DNA from: Spirochaetota bacterium
Lineage (GTDB): Bacteria > Spirochaetota > UBA4802 > JAFGJZ01
Length of the DNA: 32,558 nucleotides
NCBI GenBank assembly: GCA_023396665.1
Contig: JAEWVL010000133.1
Span: 1 to 32,558 of the forward strand
Reading direction: 5' to 3'
A program made the translations under genes and the position numbers. Shown here piece by piece: positions 1 to 8,364 of the stretch. Each line of letters opens with the position of its first letter. Position 1 is the stretch's first letter. The notes under the pieces were generated by a model. That model had not been told where the DNA came from. It was given only the letters and a program-made list of their open reading frames with translations, and searched no databases.

Positions 1-317
1 GGGCCGCCATGCGAGCTTCTGTAGGCGATGTAGCGGTCTGACTGAAAGCCGGCTCTGCTGTAGCATTCGTTTGCCCAGGTCCAGCAGGTGCCGGCGATAA
101 TCGCCCTTTCTTCAAGTACCATTTTTCTGCCGGCCTGCAGAACCGCTTTGCCGGCTTCATTTGCCTGCGCTTCGGCCTGTCTGATAGTCATAAGTGTAAT
201 GCCCTGTTTTACCAGTGATTCGTCAAGTTCGACGATTGTGTTTTCGGTAGACTGGCATGAGGCCGACAGGAGGGCTGTGGAAATGAGGGCTGCGAATAGC
301 AGTTTTTGTATCTTCAT
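1..317 (-). CDS. putative lipoprotein, 5' portion only (the gene runs off the left edge of the window)
   Basis: Not in the supplied ORF track because there is no stop in the window. A reverse-strand ATG at 317..315 opens a stop-free frame to position 1: MKIQKLLFAALISTALLSASCQSTENTIVELDESLVKQGITLMTIRQAEAQANEAGKAVLQAGRKMVLEERAIIAGTCWTWANECYSRAGF... It has a basic n-region, a hydrophobic core and an LSAS-C lipobox-like cysteine. The GTCWTWANECY motif loosely resembles a papain-like (CHAP/NlpC-type) nucleophile motif; this is tentative. The + strand ORF 88..324 is its antisense shadow. Confidence 0.5.
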   Translation of the reverse strand, partial: MKIQKLLFAALISTALLSASCQSTENTIVELDESLVKQGITLMTIRQAEAQANEAGKAVLQAGRKMVLEERAIIAGTCWTWANECYSRAGFQSDRYIAYRSSHGG

Positions 318-929
318 AATTTAATATCCCATTAATATGGTAAAAATCAGTATAGTGAACGTACCATATCGGTGAAATTTGTTGGCGCTGCTGACGGTCG
401 GGGAGCCGGGCGAGTATGCATTGATTGGCAGACAGCGGTTCTGATCAGATAATCGCCGGGTTCTTTTCCGAACAATCGCCTGAAAATACGTATTCTAACA
501 TATTTTTCGTCAATTATAGTGAAAAAACACGGTCAAAAACAAGAAAAAAGCGCATTTTCACATCTTTTTAACGCTTATTTCAACAAATAAGCACCATCAT
601 ATATGGCAAGTAAAAAAAAATAGCAAAAATGAAAAAAATACAGCGAATGTTCGGGGAAGACCAATAAATGATGCTTCGGGGGAAACGGGTGAATCGATAC
701 TTATGGGTGAATATTCATCGATTCGGGCTTAATATAATTTCCGATAGCAGTGTCTTAACCTGTTTTTTTCATTGCGTTTTGCAATAGTGAACCTCGAATA
801 TTTTCCACCGGTAACGCTTTTACCTCGTTTTTCATTGGAATTATTCGAGATTCGAGTTGTGATGTTTATTCCTGGAGATTCCCATTTTTGAATTGATATT
901 TCAGTGTATAAAATATAGCGATGTAATCA

Positions 930-1766
930 ATGAAAAGACTCGTGTGTTTATCCCTGTTTTCCGTAATCATAATGCTGTTTCTCCGCTGTTCGGTTGAGAC
1001 CTTTCACGATGATGCCGACTATTCTATAATGATAATCGGCGATATGCGTTCCGGTTATACCGTATATGAAAAACTCCTTTATATCATCAACGTTTTCGAC
1101 AAGGATCCGGTTTTTCTCGCTTCGCTCGGTGATATTGTATCGACGCCCGGCAATGAAATCGAATATCATGAATACGGTGTTCTCAATAAAAAATATATCC
1201 CGGATATTCCACACTATTCCATACCGGGCAATCATGATGTGAACGACGAAGAAAGCGAACAGATATATAAAGAAATAACGAAGATGCCGGGAAACGGCTT
1301 GTATTACTCCGTCACACATGAGAATGTTTTCTGTGTGTTTCTCGATACGGAGATGCCCGGAGCGGTGAATTCCATAAAAGGGGAGCAGTATAGCTGGCTG
1401 GTTGACACGCTTGACGCTGCACAGAAAGACAGCGGGGTAACGACGATACTGATTTTCATGCATCGTCCACTGTATCCGCAATGTGAACACCTGGACAGGG
1501 ATTTTGATGATGCCGATCAGTTGCTGGCGCTTTTCAAGGAACACGGCAAAGTGAAATTCGTTTTTGCCGGACATGATCATTGTTTCAACGCATTGGATCT
1601 CGGCGGCATTTTGCAGATCACAAGCGGCGGCGGAGGCTCTCCTTTTCGGGTAAAGAGCGATAACTATTATCATCTGATAAAGGCGGGGTTTTACCGCAAC
1701 TCGGGTCGTATCAATATCAAAGCGATAGATATGTGGGGGGATACCATTGAAGATTTCGATTATTAG
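930..1766 (+). CDS. calcineurin-like metallophosphoesterase, secreted or lipid-anchored
   Basis: 278-aa ORF with an N-terminal signal sequence (MKRLVCLSLFSVIIMLFLRCS). Metallophosphatase motifs occur in canonical order: IIGDMRSG, LGDIV, PGNHD, FMHRP, AGHDH. Confidence 0.8.
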   Translation: MKRLVCLSLFSVIIMLFLRCSVETFHDDADYSIMIIGDMRSGYTVYEKLLYIINVFDKDPVFLASLGDIVSTPGNEIEYHEYGVLNKKYIPDIPHYSIPGNHDVNDEESEQIYKEITKMPGNGLYYSVTHENVFCVFLDTEMPGAVNSIKGEQYSWLVDTLDAAQKDSGVTTILIFMHRPLYPQCEHLDRDFDDADQLLALFKEHGKVKFVFAGHDHCFNALDLGGILQITSGGGGSPFRVKSDNYYHLIKAGFYRNSGRINIKAIDMWGDTIEDFDY

Positions 1767-2295
1767 TCTGATAGCGCTGCTGTTCATCTGTGTCGGTCTT
1801 CGGGGGAATTCCCTTGGTATCAAAACCGGGATCTATGATTTTACCGATGAGGCGACACGGGATTTCTATAAGGTCGGTTATTCAGTTCTCGGTGATTACT
1901 CGTTCTACACCTCTCCGTTTATTCAGTTTGATATTCAAACCGGACTGACGTACTCAACGACCGATTACAACGGGAAGCGGCATAACCAATTTGTTTTTCC
2001 ACTGCAGGCGACATATATCTCATATATTCTGGGAGACGGCGCAAATCTCGCCCTCGTTCCGTATTTCGGTGTGGGGGTCGGCGCCTATTATAGTCTGGAC
2101 ACCGCCCAGGCGCTGGACAAGGACTACAAGAAGACAACGTACGGCTATCATTTTCTTATGGGTTTTGCGCATGAACTGAGTGAAAAGACGAGTCTGACAT
2201 GTGAGCTGAAAAACAATATCATCATGTCGCATTATCTTGAAGACATTGAAATCAGCGGTATCAATCTTCTTGTCGGTTTACGATATGAATTGTAA
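1747..2295 (+). CDS. small outer-membrane beta-barrel protein (OMP_b-brl / OmpW-like), tentative
   Basis: 182-aa ORF whose first codon at 1747 is TTG, with a GGGGGGA purine run just upstream. It overlaps the phosphoesterase 3' end by 20 nt. A signal-like N-terminus (MKISIISLIALLFICVGL) is followed by alternating aromatic/Gly beta-strand patterns (GVGVGAYYSL, TYGYHFLMGF, LLVGLRYEL). Confidence 0.55.
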   Translation: MKISIISLIALLFICVGLRGNSLGIKTGIYDFTDEATRDFYKVGYSVLGDYSFYTSPFIQFDIQTGLTYSTTDYNGKRHNQFVFPLQATYISYILGDGANLALVPYFGVGVGAYYSLDTAQALDKDYKKTTYGYHFLMGFAHELSEKTSLTCELKNNIIMSHYLEDIEISGINLLVGLRYEL

Positions 2296-2365
2296 ATTTT
2301 TGTGATCAAATTGCCGCAAGTCGCTGATCTTGCCGAAAAACTGAATAAACATCTCATTAGTAAAA

Positions 2366-4846
2366 TCAAAACGTCCGCACAACGCGAAAACCCTTGTCGG
2401 CTATCGTATCGTATGACTCACTTGTGTTTCCTCTGCCGATCCCCTGATAAATGCCAGTCGCAGTAGTATAGGCGCCACCGAAAATGATTTTGTCGCTGCC
2501 CGAAGAATCAAAACAGAATTCATACAGATTGCCGCTCATGTCATAGAGTCCGAGCAGATTCGGCCTTTTGGCCCTGATAGTATGCGTGGTGCCGCCGGCA
2601 TTTCCGGAAAACCAGGCATACTGCTGCGTTTCTACGCTGTTGCTATAGTTCAACCCTGCTGCGCTCGCGGAGTCGCCCTTTGTGTACCATGTGCCGTCAG
2701 AGCCCGGAACGGCGTTGGTGTTATCCGTTCCGCGGTAACGTGCGGCGAATTCCCATTCTATAGCCGAAGGCAGACGAAAGCCTTTTGCGCCTGCTGTTCT
2801 TATAGCAGAATCGCAGTCAGCTGATGTTGAATTTCTTGCAACTGTACCGGCTGTAGTATAAACAATGTCCAGCGTTGGATCAGCAGGGATTTTGTGATCG
2901 TTATAGTATTCTGTCAGGGCGTTGCACCAGACTATTGAGTCACGCCAGGTGATCACGGCAACCGGCTGGTTTTTGCCGGGTGTCGGTGCGATGGATGCGG
3001 CTTTGGGTGTTGCTCCGGTGAAGGCCCCCTCGTTACCGTGATGCGCAAAGGTATAGCGGTTTACGCCTCTGGCCGCATCTGTTGCCCACTGATATACCGC
3101 ATACCACTGCCGGTAGCTGACTTCTGTCTCACCCATAATGAAACGCGCAGGGACATTTTCTTGAACAGCGTCATTCTCGTTTCTCGGAAAGGTTTCGCTT
3201 GTCGCAATATCGGGCATTAAAACGACATACATTTGTTCTCCGCCGAGGCTGTACGATAATGCCGCCACCACCTTGCACGATGCCGTGAAACCCCCGTCTG
3301 AAGTTGTAACGGTTATAATGGCATCGCCCAAAGCGTGCGCCGTCACAAGACCTGTCGCTGAAACCGTTGCGATCGCATTGTCACTGCTCGACCACGTTAC
3401 GCCCAAGTCTTCAGCGTTTGCCGGTAGTACTGTGGCAATCAGCTGTTCGCTCGCGCCTGTCCCTATCGTAGTATGGGTTTTATTCAGCGATACGCCGCTG
3501 ACATGTACAATCTGCCACTGCGCGTAGAGCGTCAGATCGTAACCCGGCATGGAGAAGCCGGCGCCGGGGCCGACCGAGAAAGTTCCCGTGCCGTCGGCGC
3601 TCGAGTTCCAGCCGCTCAGCGCGTAGCCGCTGCGGCTGACGCTTGTTGAGGGAGGATGCAGCAGGACGTTATAGCGCTGCGAGGACGCTGCGGGCAGGCT
3701 TCCCGTGCCCCCGTTGACGTCGTAGGAGAGGGTGAAGCGCTCGACTATCGCCGGGCCGTCGAAGTCCGATTCAAAATCGTCGCTGCCGTCGGGCAGCGGC
3801 GGATTGTTCGGAGGGTTATCGGGATCGTTCGAGGGCGATGCTGTTTTGGTGATGCTGAGCCGGTAGCGGTGCTCAAGCCCCGTCGGGGTGTGCACGGTGA
3901 TGATCATCGGTTTTTTCGACTTATAGTACTTCGCGTAGTCGAGGGCAACGACGCCGCCCGCCGTTTCGGTGCTCGTATCGTCATAACTCAGCTTCGAGCC
4001 CATAAAATCGACCCGTGCCCGCAGTGCCGAAAGATCAGCACTGTAGGGCAGTTCGACTTTCACTTCGTCGTTGATGATACCGTCGCTGTCAGTAAGGCTG
4101 CCGTCCGATATATGGGCTGCGCAGTCGCTTTTATACGATTCGTCGAAGAAAACGAGCGCCGTCAGACGGTAGGCCGAGACCCGGTAGTCCATGAAATCGT
4201 CTTGATTGGCGAAGACGCGGTAGGTGTGCACTGCCGAAAAGTCGAGCGCGTTCATCGAGGGCCGCTGATAGCGCGAGGGGGCGGTGTCGCCGTCAAGCTC
4301 GACCCAGTTGGCGATGAGGCCGTTGCTGAAAGAGGGCACGAGCCCCTTGAGCGAGATGTCGTGCGGCGAATCGAACCATATGGTGTTGCCCCTGATGCTG
4401 CCGTGCACCGTCTGTTTCAGTGCGGGGTTGTCAAGAGGAGTGAAATCGAACGATGAGATGAAGGCGTCGGAGCGCTTGACTTCAACGCTGAAGGTGCTGG
4501 ATTTGCCGTCGCCGGAGTAGATGATGTATTCGGTAACAGCGGAAAAATCGTTTACGGTCGTGCCGCTGATCTGTTCTTTCTTGCCGATAAAAACTGCACA
4601 GCCGGAAAAATCGTATGAGGCGATCATGCGGGATGTGTCGGTGTCGTTCGGAACCAGATAGTACAGATCGGGCTCATTGCGCCGTGTGTCGATATCTTCA
4701 AAAAACGAGGGATTCGCCGTTTTGGAGAAATAGAAACGCTCGAGACCGCGCTTCGAGAGCTCGTCGTAGTAGTTGGAGCGCGAGCATGAAAAGACCAGTG
4801 CCGTTATGTGCAGGAAAATGACGGTTAAGATGATTCTTCGTATCAT
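2366..4846 (-). CDS. large multidomain surface lipoprotein: N-terminal repeat region, Pro/Asn-rich linker, Listeria-Bacteroides (Flg_new) repeat, Big_2 Ig-like domain, C-terminal FGE-sulfatase (SUMF1, C-type-lectin-like) domain
   Basis: 826-aa ORF. Signal peptide with lipobox-like VFSC (MIRRIILTVIFLHITALVFSCS). Linker SPSNDPDNPPNNPPLPDGSDD. YDVNGGTGSLP...GYALSGWNSSADGTG...YAQW matches the Flg_new repeat. VSGVSLNKTHTTIGTGASEQLIATVLPANAEDLGVTWSSSDNAIATV...ITVTTSDGGFTASCKV matches Big_2. The C-terminus (EVSYRQWYAVYQWA, GFRLPSAIEWEFAAR, GLYDMSGNLYEFCFD, GFRVVR) is typical of the FGE-sulfatase fold. Confidence 0.8.
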   Translation of the reverse strand: MIRRIILTVIFLHITALVFSCSRSNYYDELSKRGLERFYFSKTANPSFFEDIDTRRNEPDLYYLVPNDTDTSRMIASYDFSGCAVFIGKKEQISGTTVNDFSAVTEYIIYSGDGKSSTFSVEVKRSDAFISSFDFTPLDNPALKQTVHGSIRGNTIWFDSPHDISLKGLVPSFSNGLIANWVELDGDTAPSRYQRPSMNALDFSAVHTYRVFANQDDFMDYRVSAYRLTALVFFDESYKSDCAAHISDGSLTDSDGIINDEVKVELPYSADLSALRARVDFMGSKLSYDDTSTETAGGVVALDYAKYYKSKKPMIITVHTPTGLEHRYRLSITKTASPSNDPDNPPNNPPLPDGSDDFESDFDGPAIVERFTLSYDVNGGTGSLPAASSQRYNVLLHPPSTSVSRSGYALSGWNSSADGTGTFSVGPGAGFSMPGYDLTLYAQWQIVHVSGVSLNKTHTTIGTGASEQLIATVLPANAEDLGVTWSSSDNAIATVSATGLVTAHALGDAIITVTTSDGGFTASCKVVAALSYSLGGEQMYVVLMPDIATSETFPRNENDAVQENVPARFIMGETEVSYRQWYAVYQWATDAARGVNRYTFAHHGNEGAFTGATPKAASIAPTPGKNQPVAVITWRDSIVWCNALTEYYNDHKIPADPTLDIVYTTAGTVARNSTSADCDSAIRTAGAKGFRLPSAIEWEFAARYRGTDNTNAVPGSDGTWYTKGDSASAAGLNYSNSVETQQYAWFSGNAGGTTHTIRAKRPNLLGLYDMSGNLYEFCFDSSGSDKIIFGGAYTTATGIYQGIGRGNTSESYDTIADKGFRVVRTF

Positions 4847-5091
4847 TCAGAGTAACCGGTCCCTGTTCAGGTTCTGAAAAACGGCTCTGCGGCCGCAGCC
4901 CTGCGATGAAGAAACGATGCGCTAAAGAGCCGGATTCTTTGCACAAGTGTTCTTACAGATATATTTATCAGAAAAAAAAAGCCCTGTCGTCCGGATTTTT
5001 AAAATCAGGAGAGATTTATTGGCGGGGGGATACTAAAATCACGGTAAAAAAACATACGCGTGAAGGAGATGGCGCTAGCGCTTGTACCAAA

Positions 5092-6213
5092 TCATGCCTG
5101 TTGCTCTGTCGATTTGTCCTTTGGTTCTTTGCCACAGTGCAGCTTTCGAAAGGTGCTTGGTGACTGGCCGCTTTGCTGTTCAAACGAGGTGTAAAATGAG
5201 GACTTGGAGTTAAAACCGACAGCAAACGCGATTTCGAGGATGTTCATGTCCGAATTATGAAGGAGCAGCGCTTTTGCCTCATTGATGCGGTATGAGTTGA
5301 CGAATGTATTGAAGTTCTGATTGAAACGATCGTTCAGCAGGCGCGAAAGCTGGTGGGGTTTCACCATGAGGGTGTTGCTCAGCGATTGTATGGACAGTTC
5401 GGGGTCGCGATAGAGAAGATCATCCTGCATGAGCTGTACGAGGCGCGCTTCGACAAGCGTATCTCCCGGATTGCTTTTCATCATCGTTTTGTAACGGATC
5501 GTCTTCGCCTCCTTGACGACCTTCTGGCTCAGTTCAGGGTAGCGGAAACAGAAGAGGATGTAGTACAGGGGCAGAAGCGAGAACAGGGCGATCGAGATGA
5601 TCAGCATGGTTTCGCTGGCGATGATATTCGCGATCAGGAGCACAAGCGCGTCAAGTGCCAGAAGGCAGAGAAATGCGAGCAGGTTTTTCAGTTCGAAGGT
5701 CATTTTCTTTTCGCGAAAGAAGAAGGCCACCTCTTTTACGGTCATCGAAAAGTAGAGCGCGACGGATATATCACTGAAGAAATTAATCGTTCTGATAATC
5801 GGGTGTAGCGCGTAGTCGGGAACTGTTGCGTTCGATTCGAGATAGTAGGCATAGACCGATGCGTCGAATGTGTTGAGTGCGATTATCAGCGGAAGCGACA
5901 GTAGCGGCAGAATAAAGTGGGGATATAGCAGCCGTATCCCCCCGCTTTTTGCGCCGCTAATGGTACAGAAATACAAATAGAGAAAAGGGCCGATAAAATA
6001 CGAGAAGGCGATTTCGCTGTTGAATAGAAAGATGAGATGGCGCAAAAGCCCCGTACTGAACAGCCAGTAGTAAAAGAACTGATACCCGGTGCACAGATAC
6101 AGACCGGCGAGCAGGTAGTTGAGCGCCAGTTTGGTCTTGTGAAGCGTCTGGACGATAGCGAAAAAGGTAAAGATCACAAAGGTTGTAAACGACAGGTATT
6201 CGAGCAGTGTCAT
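5092..6213 (-). CDS. membrane-anchored AraC/XylS-family transcriptional regulator (multi-TM N-terminal domain + C-terminal HTH_18)
   Basis: 373-aa ORF. The first ~230 aa contain about 6-8 hydrophobic helices (FVIFTFFAIV, LLAGLYLCTGYQFFYYWLF, LAFLCLLALDALVLLIANII and others). The C-terminus SIQSLSNTLMVKPHQLSRLLNDRFNQNFNTFVNSYRINEAKALLL...ILEIAFAVGFNSKSSFYTSFEQQSGQSPSTFRK is a canonical AraC double HTH. Confidence 0.8.
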   Translation of the reverse strand: MTLLEYLSFTTFVIFTFFAIVQTLHKTKLALNYLLAGLYLCTGYQFFYYWLFSTGLLRHLIFLFNSEIAFSYFIGPFLYLYFCTISGAKSGGIRLLYPHFILPLLSLPLIIALNTFDASVYAYYLESNATVPDYALHPIIRTINFFSDISVALYFSMTVKEVAFFFREKKMTFELKNLLAFLCLLALDALVLLIANIIASETMLIISIALFSLLPLYYILFCFRYPELSQKVVKEAKTIRYKTMMKSNPGDTLVEARLVQLMQDDLLYRDPELSIQSLSNTLMVKPHQLSRLLNDRFNQNFNTFVNSYRINEAKALLLHNSDMNILEIAFAVGFNSKSSFYTSFEQQSGQSPSTFRKLHCGKEPKDKSTEQQA

Positions 6214-6304
6214 AAGTACCCCGGTGGTTTAGCGCCTGTATACCGGTATGTTTTGCATTTTGCCTGCGCTGTGTCAACACAGATATTGGCAGGCGCAGCG
6301 ATGC

Positions 6305-6817
6305 TCAGGGCTTCGGGATGCTGTTTGTTTCAGAACCGGCATTCTTTTCACCGGCTTCTGCAAGAATGTCATAGAGGGCCTGCGTGGTTTCCGTGACGAC
6401 TCTGCGGCAGATGATCTGGTGATGTTTGCGTTGTGTGACATCGTCGGTGCTTTTGACGTATTTTTTCAGAATGTCCGCGCAGTTGGTGCAGCCCAGACTG
6501 TCGTTTATTGTCGCGTCAAGATCACGCACCCGCTTGTACGCGGCGAGCTTGGTTTTCATATCGAGCGGATCGCTGTTGCCGAAGGCCAGCCCCAGCACCA
6601 TGAAGGCGCCTGTGAGCGCGCCGCATTTTTCGCGCAGCCGTCCCATGCCGCCCCCGAAGGTCGCGGATATGCGTTTCGCGGTCTGTTCGTCTAGTCCGAA
6701 ATCTTTCGCGAAGGCGAGCAGTACCGCTTGCGAGCAGGCGTATCCCCCGTCGAAAAAATCAAGTGCCCGTTGTGTGTAGTATGCCTTGTCTTGCGCAGTG
6801 AATGTGTGTGGGGTCAT
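6305..6817 (-). CDS. C_GCAxxG_C_C family putative redox-active protein
   Basis: 170-aa ORF with the family hallmarks GYACSQAVLLAF near the N-terminus, GGGMG...CGALTGAFMVLG in the centre, and further Cys residues (CTNCADIL, IICRR) toward the C-terminus. Confidence 0.75.
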   Translation of the reverse strand: MTPHTFTAQDKAYYTQRALDFFDGGYACSQAVLLAFAKDFGLDEQTAKRISATFGGGMGRLREKCGALTGAFMVLGLAFGNSDPLDMKTKLAAYKRVRDLDATINDSLGCTNCADILKKYVKSTDDVTQRKHHQIICRRVVTETTQALYDILAEAGEKNAGSETNSIPKP

Positions 6818-6895
6818 TTTGTTTTCCGGTAATAGGGATTAACAGTAACTGTTTTATCGGGGCTTAATCCGATTACTAAGCACACTTAATGCAAG

Positions 6896-6920
6896 TTTTG
6901 GCAATTTCTTTTTGCCAAAA
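6896..6920. promoter_or_regulatory. perfect 9-bp-arm palindrome TTTTGGCAA-N7-TTGCCAAAA, about 80 bp upstream of the C_GCAxxG_C_C gene
   Basis: Read directly: 6896..6904 TTTTGGCAA, spacer TTTCTTT, 6912..6920 TTGCCAAAA. It sits in the 227-bp gap between the ORP-like operon end (7045) and the next gene start (6817). Confidence 0.35.
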
Positions 6921-6979
6921 CGTATCCGCTTGACTACAGGAATTAGTTAGGCGGGAGATTGCCGATAGATCGTACTTTG

Positions 6980-7028
6980 TCGTTAGTACCCGTCTGGACC
7001 TGGCGATATACCGGGCGGGTACTAACGA
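6980..7028 (-). terminator. 13-bp perfect stem hairpin 17 bp downstream of the ORP-like operon stop; possible terminator but no U-tract
   Basis: TCGTTAGTACCCG (6980..6992) pairs perfectly with CGGGTACTAACGA (7016..7028), with a 23-nt loop. On the minus strand it follows the stop codon at 7045. The downstream sequence is not T-rich, so it is not a canonical intrinsic terminator. Confidence 0.35.
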
Positions 7029-7044
7029 GCAATTTGCCGGCCGA

Positions 7045-7383
7045 TCAATGATCGCAGGCGTTCGTTCCTGTAACGAGACTGCCTGCGAAATAATCTTTTA
7101 CGAGCTGCTCGGCCTCTTCGCAGGGTGCGCCCACGATCACTTCAATGCCCTGAGACTGAAATAACTGCTGCGCGCGGCCGCCCATGCCGCCGGCGATGAC
7201 GAGCCCGACATTGTGTTCCTTGAGCCATGCGGGAAGCACACCCGGCTCGTGCGGGGGAGGGGTCAGTTCGCTTCTGGAAAGAATTTTTTTTTCGTTCGGA
7301 TCGGTCTCGAACACCGAGAACTTGTCACAGTGTCCGAAATGCAGATTCAGTTTTCCGTTTGCTGTTGGTATTGCGATTTTCAT
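7045..7383 (-). CDS. NifX/NifB-like dinitrogenase iron-molybdenum cofactor-domain protein (Nitro_FeMo-Co family), copy 3
   Basis: 112-aa ORF. MKIAIPTANGKLNLHFGHCDKFSVFE...VGLVIAGGMGGRAQQLFQSQGIEVIVG is the typical signature of this small-protein family. Confidence 0.8.
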   Translation of the reverse strand: MKIAIPTANGKLNLHFGHCDKFSVFETDPNEKKILSRSELTPPPHEPGVLPAWLKEHNVGLVIAGGMGGRAQQLFQSQGIEVIVGAPCEEAEQLVKDYFAGSLVTGTNACDH

Positions 7384-7479
7384 AGTCGCTCCTTTTTTTT
7401 ACTGTAATGCCGGCAATTACTGCCTTGTAATCGTGACAGGTCAAGCAGCTCGTTTAATTTGCTGCTCTTATCTTTCTCT

Positions 7480-8364
7480 TCAGTTTTTTATCATCGCCTG
7501 AAGTTTTGTCCATATGTTTGTGATCTCCTCTGTGACCATGTTATTCGTGTATTCTATCAGGCTTTTGCCCTGTATCTGTGCGGCAGTTACACTTTTGTCG
7601 AAGGAAATTTCACCGAGAAACTCTATGGCATTCGCTTCACAATAAGTCCTGATGTCCCCGCTGATTTCGGGATTGATGTCGAATTTATTGACGCATACAT
7701 AGGCCGGAATCCTGAAATGATGCGCAAGATCGAGAACCCGTTGCAAATCATGTTTGCCTGAGAGCGTCGGTTCGGTAACGACGACAACGGCGTTTGCTCC
7801 TGTGATTGATGCGATGACCGGGCACCCGGTTCCCGGAGGGCCGTCGGTGATGATCATCGGGGCACCCGTTTCGCGGGCGATTTTGTGCGCTTCGTTTCGC
7901 ACAACGCTAACCAGCCTTCCGGAATTTTCGGCCTGCGCGTTCAGCTGGGCGTGAACGAGGGTGCCGAAGCGCGACGAAGATACATACCACTCGCCGCATA
8001 CACGGTCTTCGAAATCGATTGCCTTCGCCGGACAAAAATGAACGCATACTCCGCAACCTTCGCATGCGGTCTCGTCGACCTGGAATTTTCCCGATTGCAA
8101 AGGGATAATGGCGTCATAACGGCACAATTGTGCGCATTTTCCGCAGCCTATACAATCTTCTTCTCTGACGTGTGCTTCCCGGCCGCTGATAAAGGTATGT
8201 GTCTTTTGCACCTCGGGTGCGAAAATAAGATGAAGATCTGCGGCATCGACATCACAATCTGCAAATACCGTTGTATCGTTTTGCGCCGCAATTGCGGCAA
8301 ACGAAGCGGACAAACTGGTCTTTCCCGTTCCGCCCTTTCCGCTGACAATAACGATTTCGTTCAT
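7480..8364 (-). CDS. MinD/ParA-type P-loop ATPase with inserted double 4Fe-4S ferredoxin motif, paralog B
   Basis: 294-aa ORF. Deviant Walker A at VSGKGGTGKTSLS. Two ferredoxin motifs, CIGCGKCAQLCRYDAI and CEGCGVCVHFCPAKAI, are inserted after the P-loop. The 4-nt start/stop overlap with the upstream paralog (8361..8364) indicates translational coupling. Confidence 0.85.
   Translation of the reverse strand: MNEIVIVSGKGGTGKTSLSASFAAIAAQNDTTVFADCDVDAADLHLIFAPEVQKTHTFISGREAHVREEDCIGCGKCAQLCRYDAIIPLQSGKFQVDETACEGCGVCVHFCPAKAIDFEDRVCGEWYVSSSRFGTLVHAQLNAQAENSGRLVSVVRNEAHKIARETGAPMIITDGPPGTGCPVIASITGANAVVVVTEPTLSGKHDLQRVLDLAHHFRIPAYVCVNKFDINPEISGDIRTYCEANAIEFLGEISFDKSVTAAQIQGKSLIEYTNNMVTEEITNIWTKLQAMIKN

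Noticed and set aside
948-1823. Long antisense ORFs inside well-supported genes: 948..1823(-), 3656..4456(+), 12007..12693(+), 17174..18235(-), 22519..23253(+), 5353..5808(+), 26283..26762(+), 27695..28192(+), and also 88..324(+)
   Set aside because: Each lies opposite a gene with clear family motifs (phosphoesterase, lipoprotein, TetR, GH30, SulP, AraC, MiaB, PurB and the edge lipoprotein). Their translations are low-complexity, Arg- or Cys-rich and motif-free, and they lack Shine-Dalgarno sequences. This is typical of shadow ORFs.
2366-2520. Possible DGR variable region at the C-terminus of the FGE-sulfatase-fold lipoprotein
   Set aside because: The codons between GGAY and GFRV are not dominated by NNC/NNT (AAY-derived) codons; they include ACG, GAG, ACA, AGA and CAG. 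I found no second copy (template repeat) of this stretch in the window and no reverse-transcriptase gene nearby. A distant TR/RT cannot be excluded without the whole genome.
4847-5091. NotI-centred GC palindrome (GCGGCCGC, about 4889..4896) followed on the minus strand by TTTTT, considered as a terminator or attenuator between the AraC gene and the lipoprotein gene
   Set aside because: The stem is short and imperfect once a minimal loop is allowed. I could not support a stable terminator by eye.
6896-6920. TTGGCA...TTGCC read as a sigma-54 -24/-12 promoter for the C_GCAxxG_C_C gene
   Set aside because: The GG-to-GC spacing is 14 nt on both strands instead of the required 12. It is kept only as a generic palindromic site.
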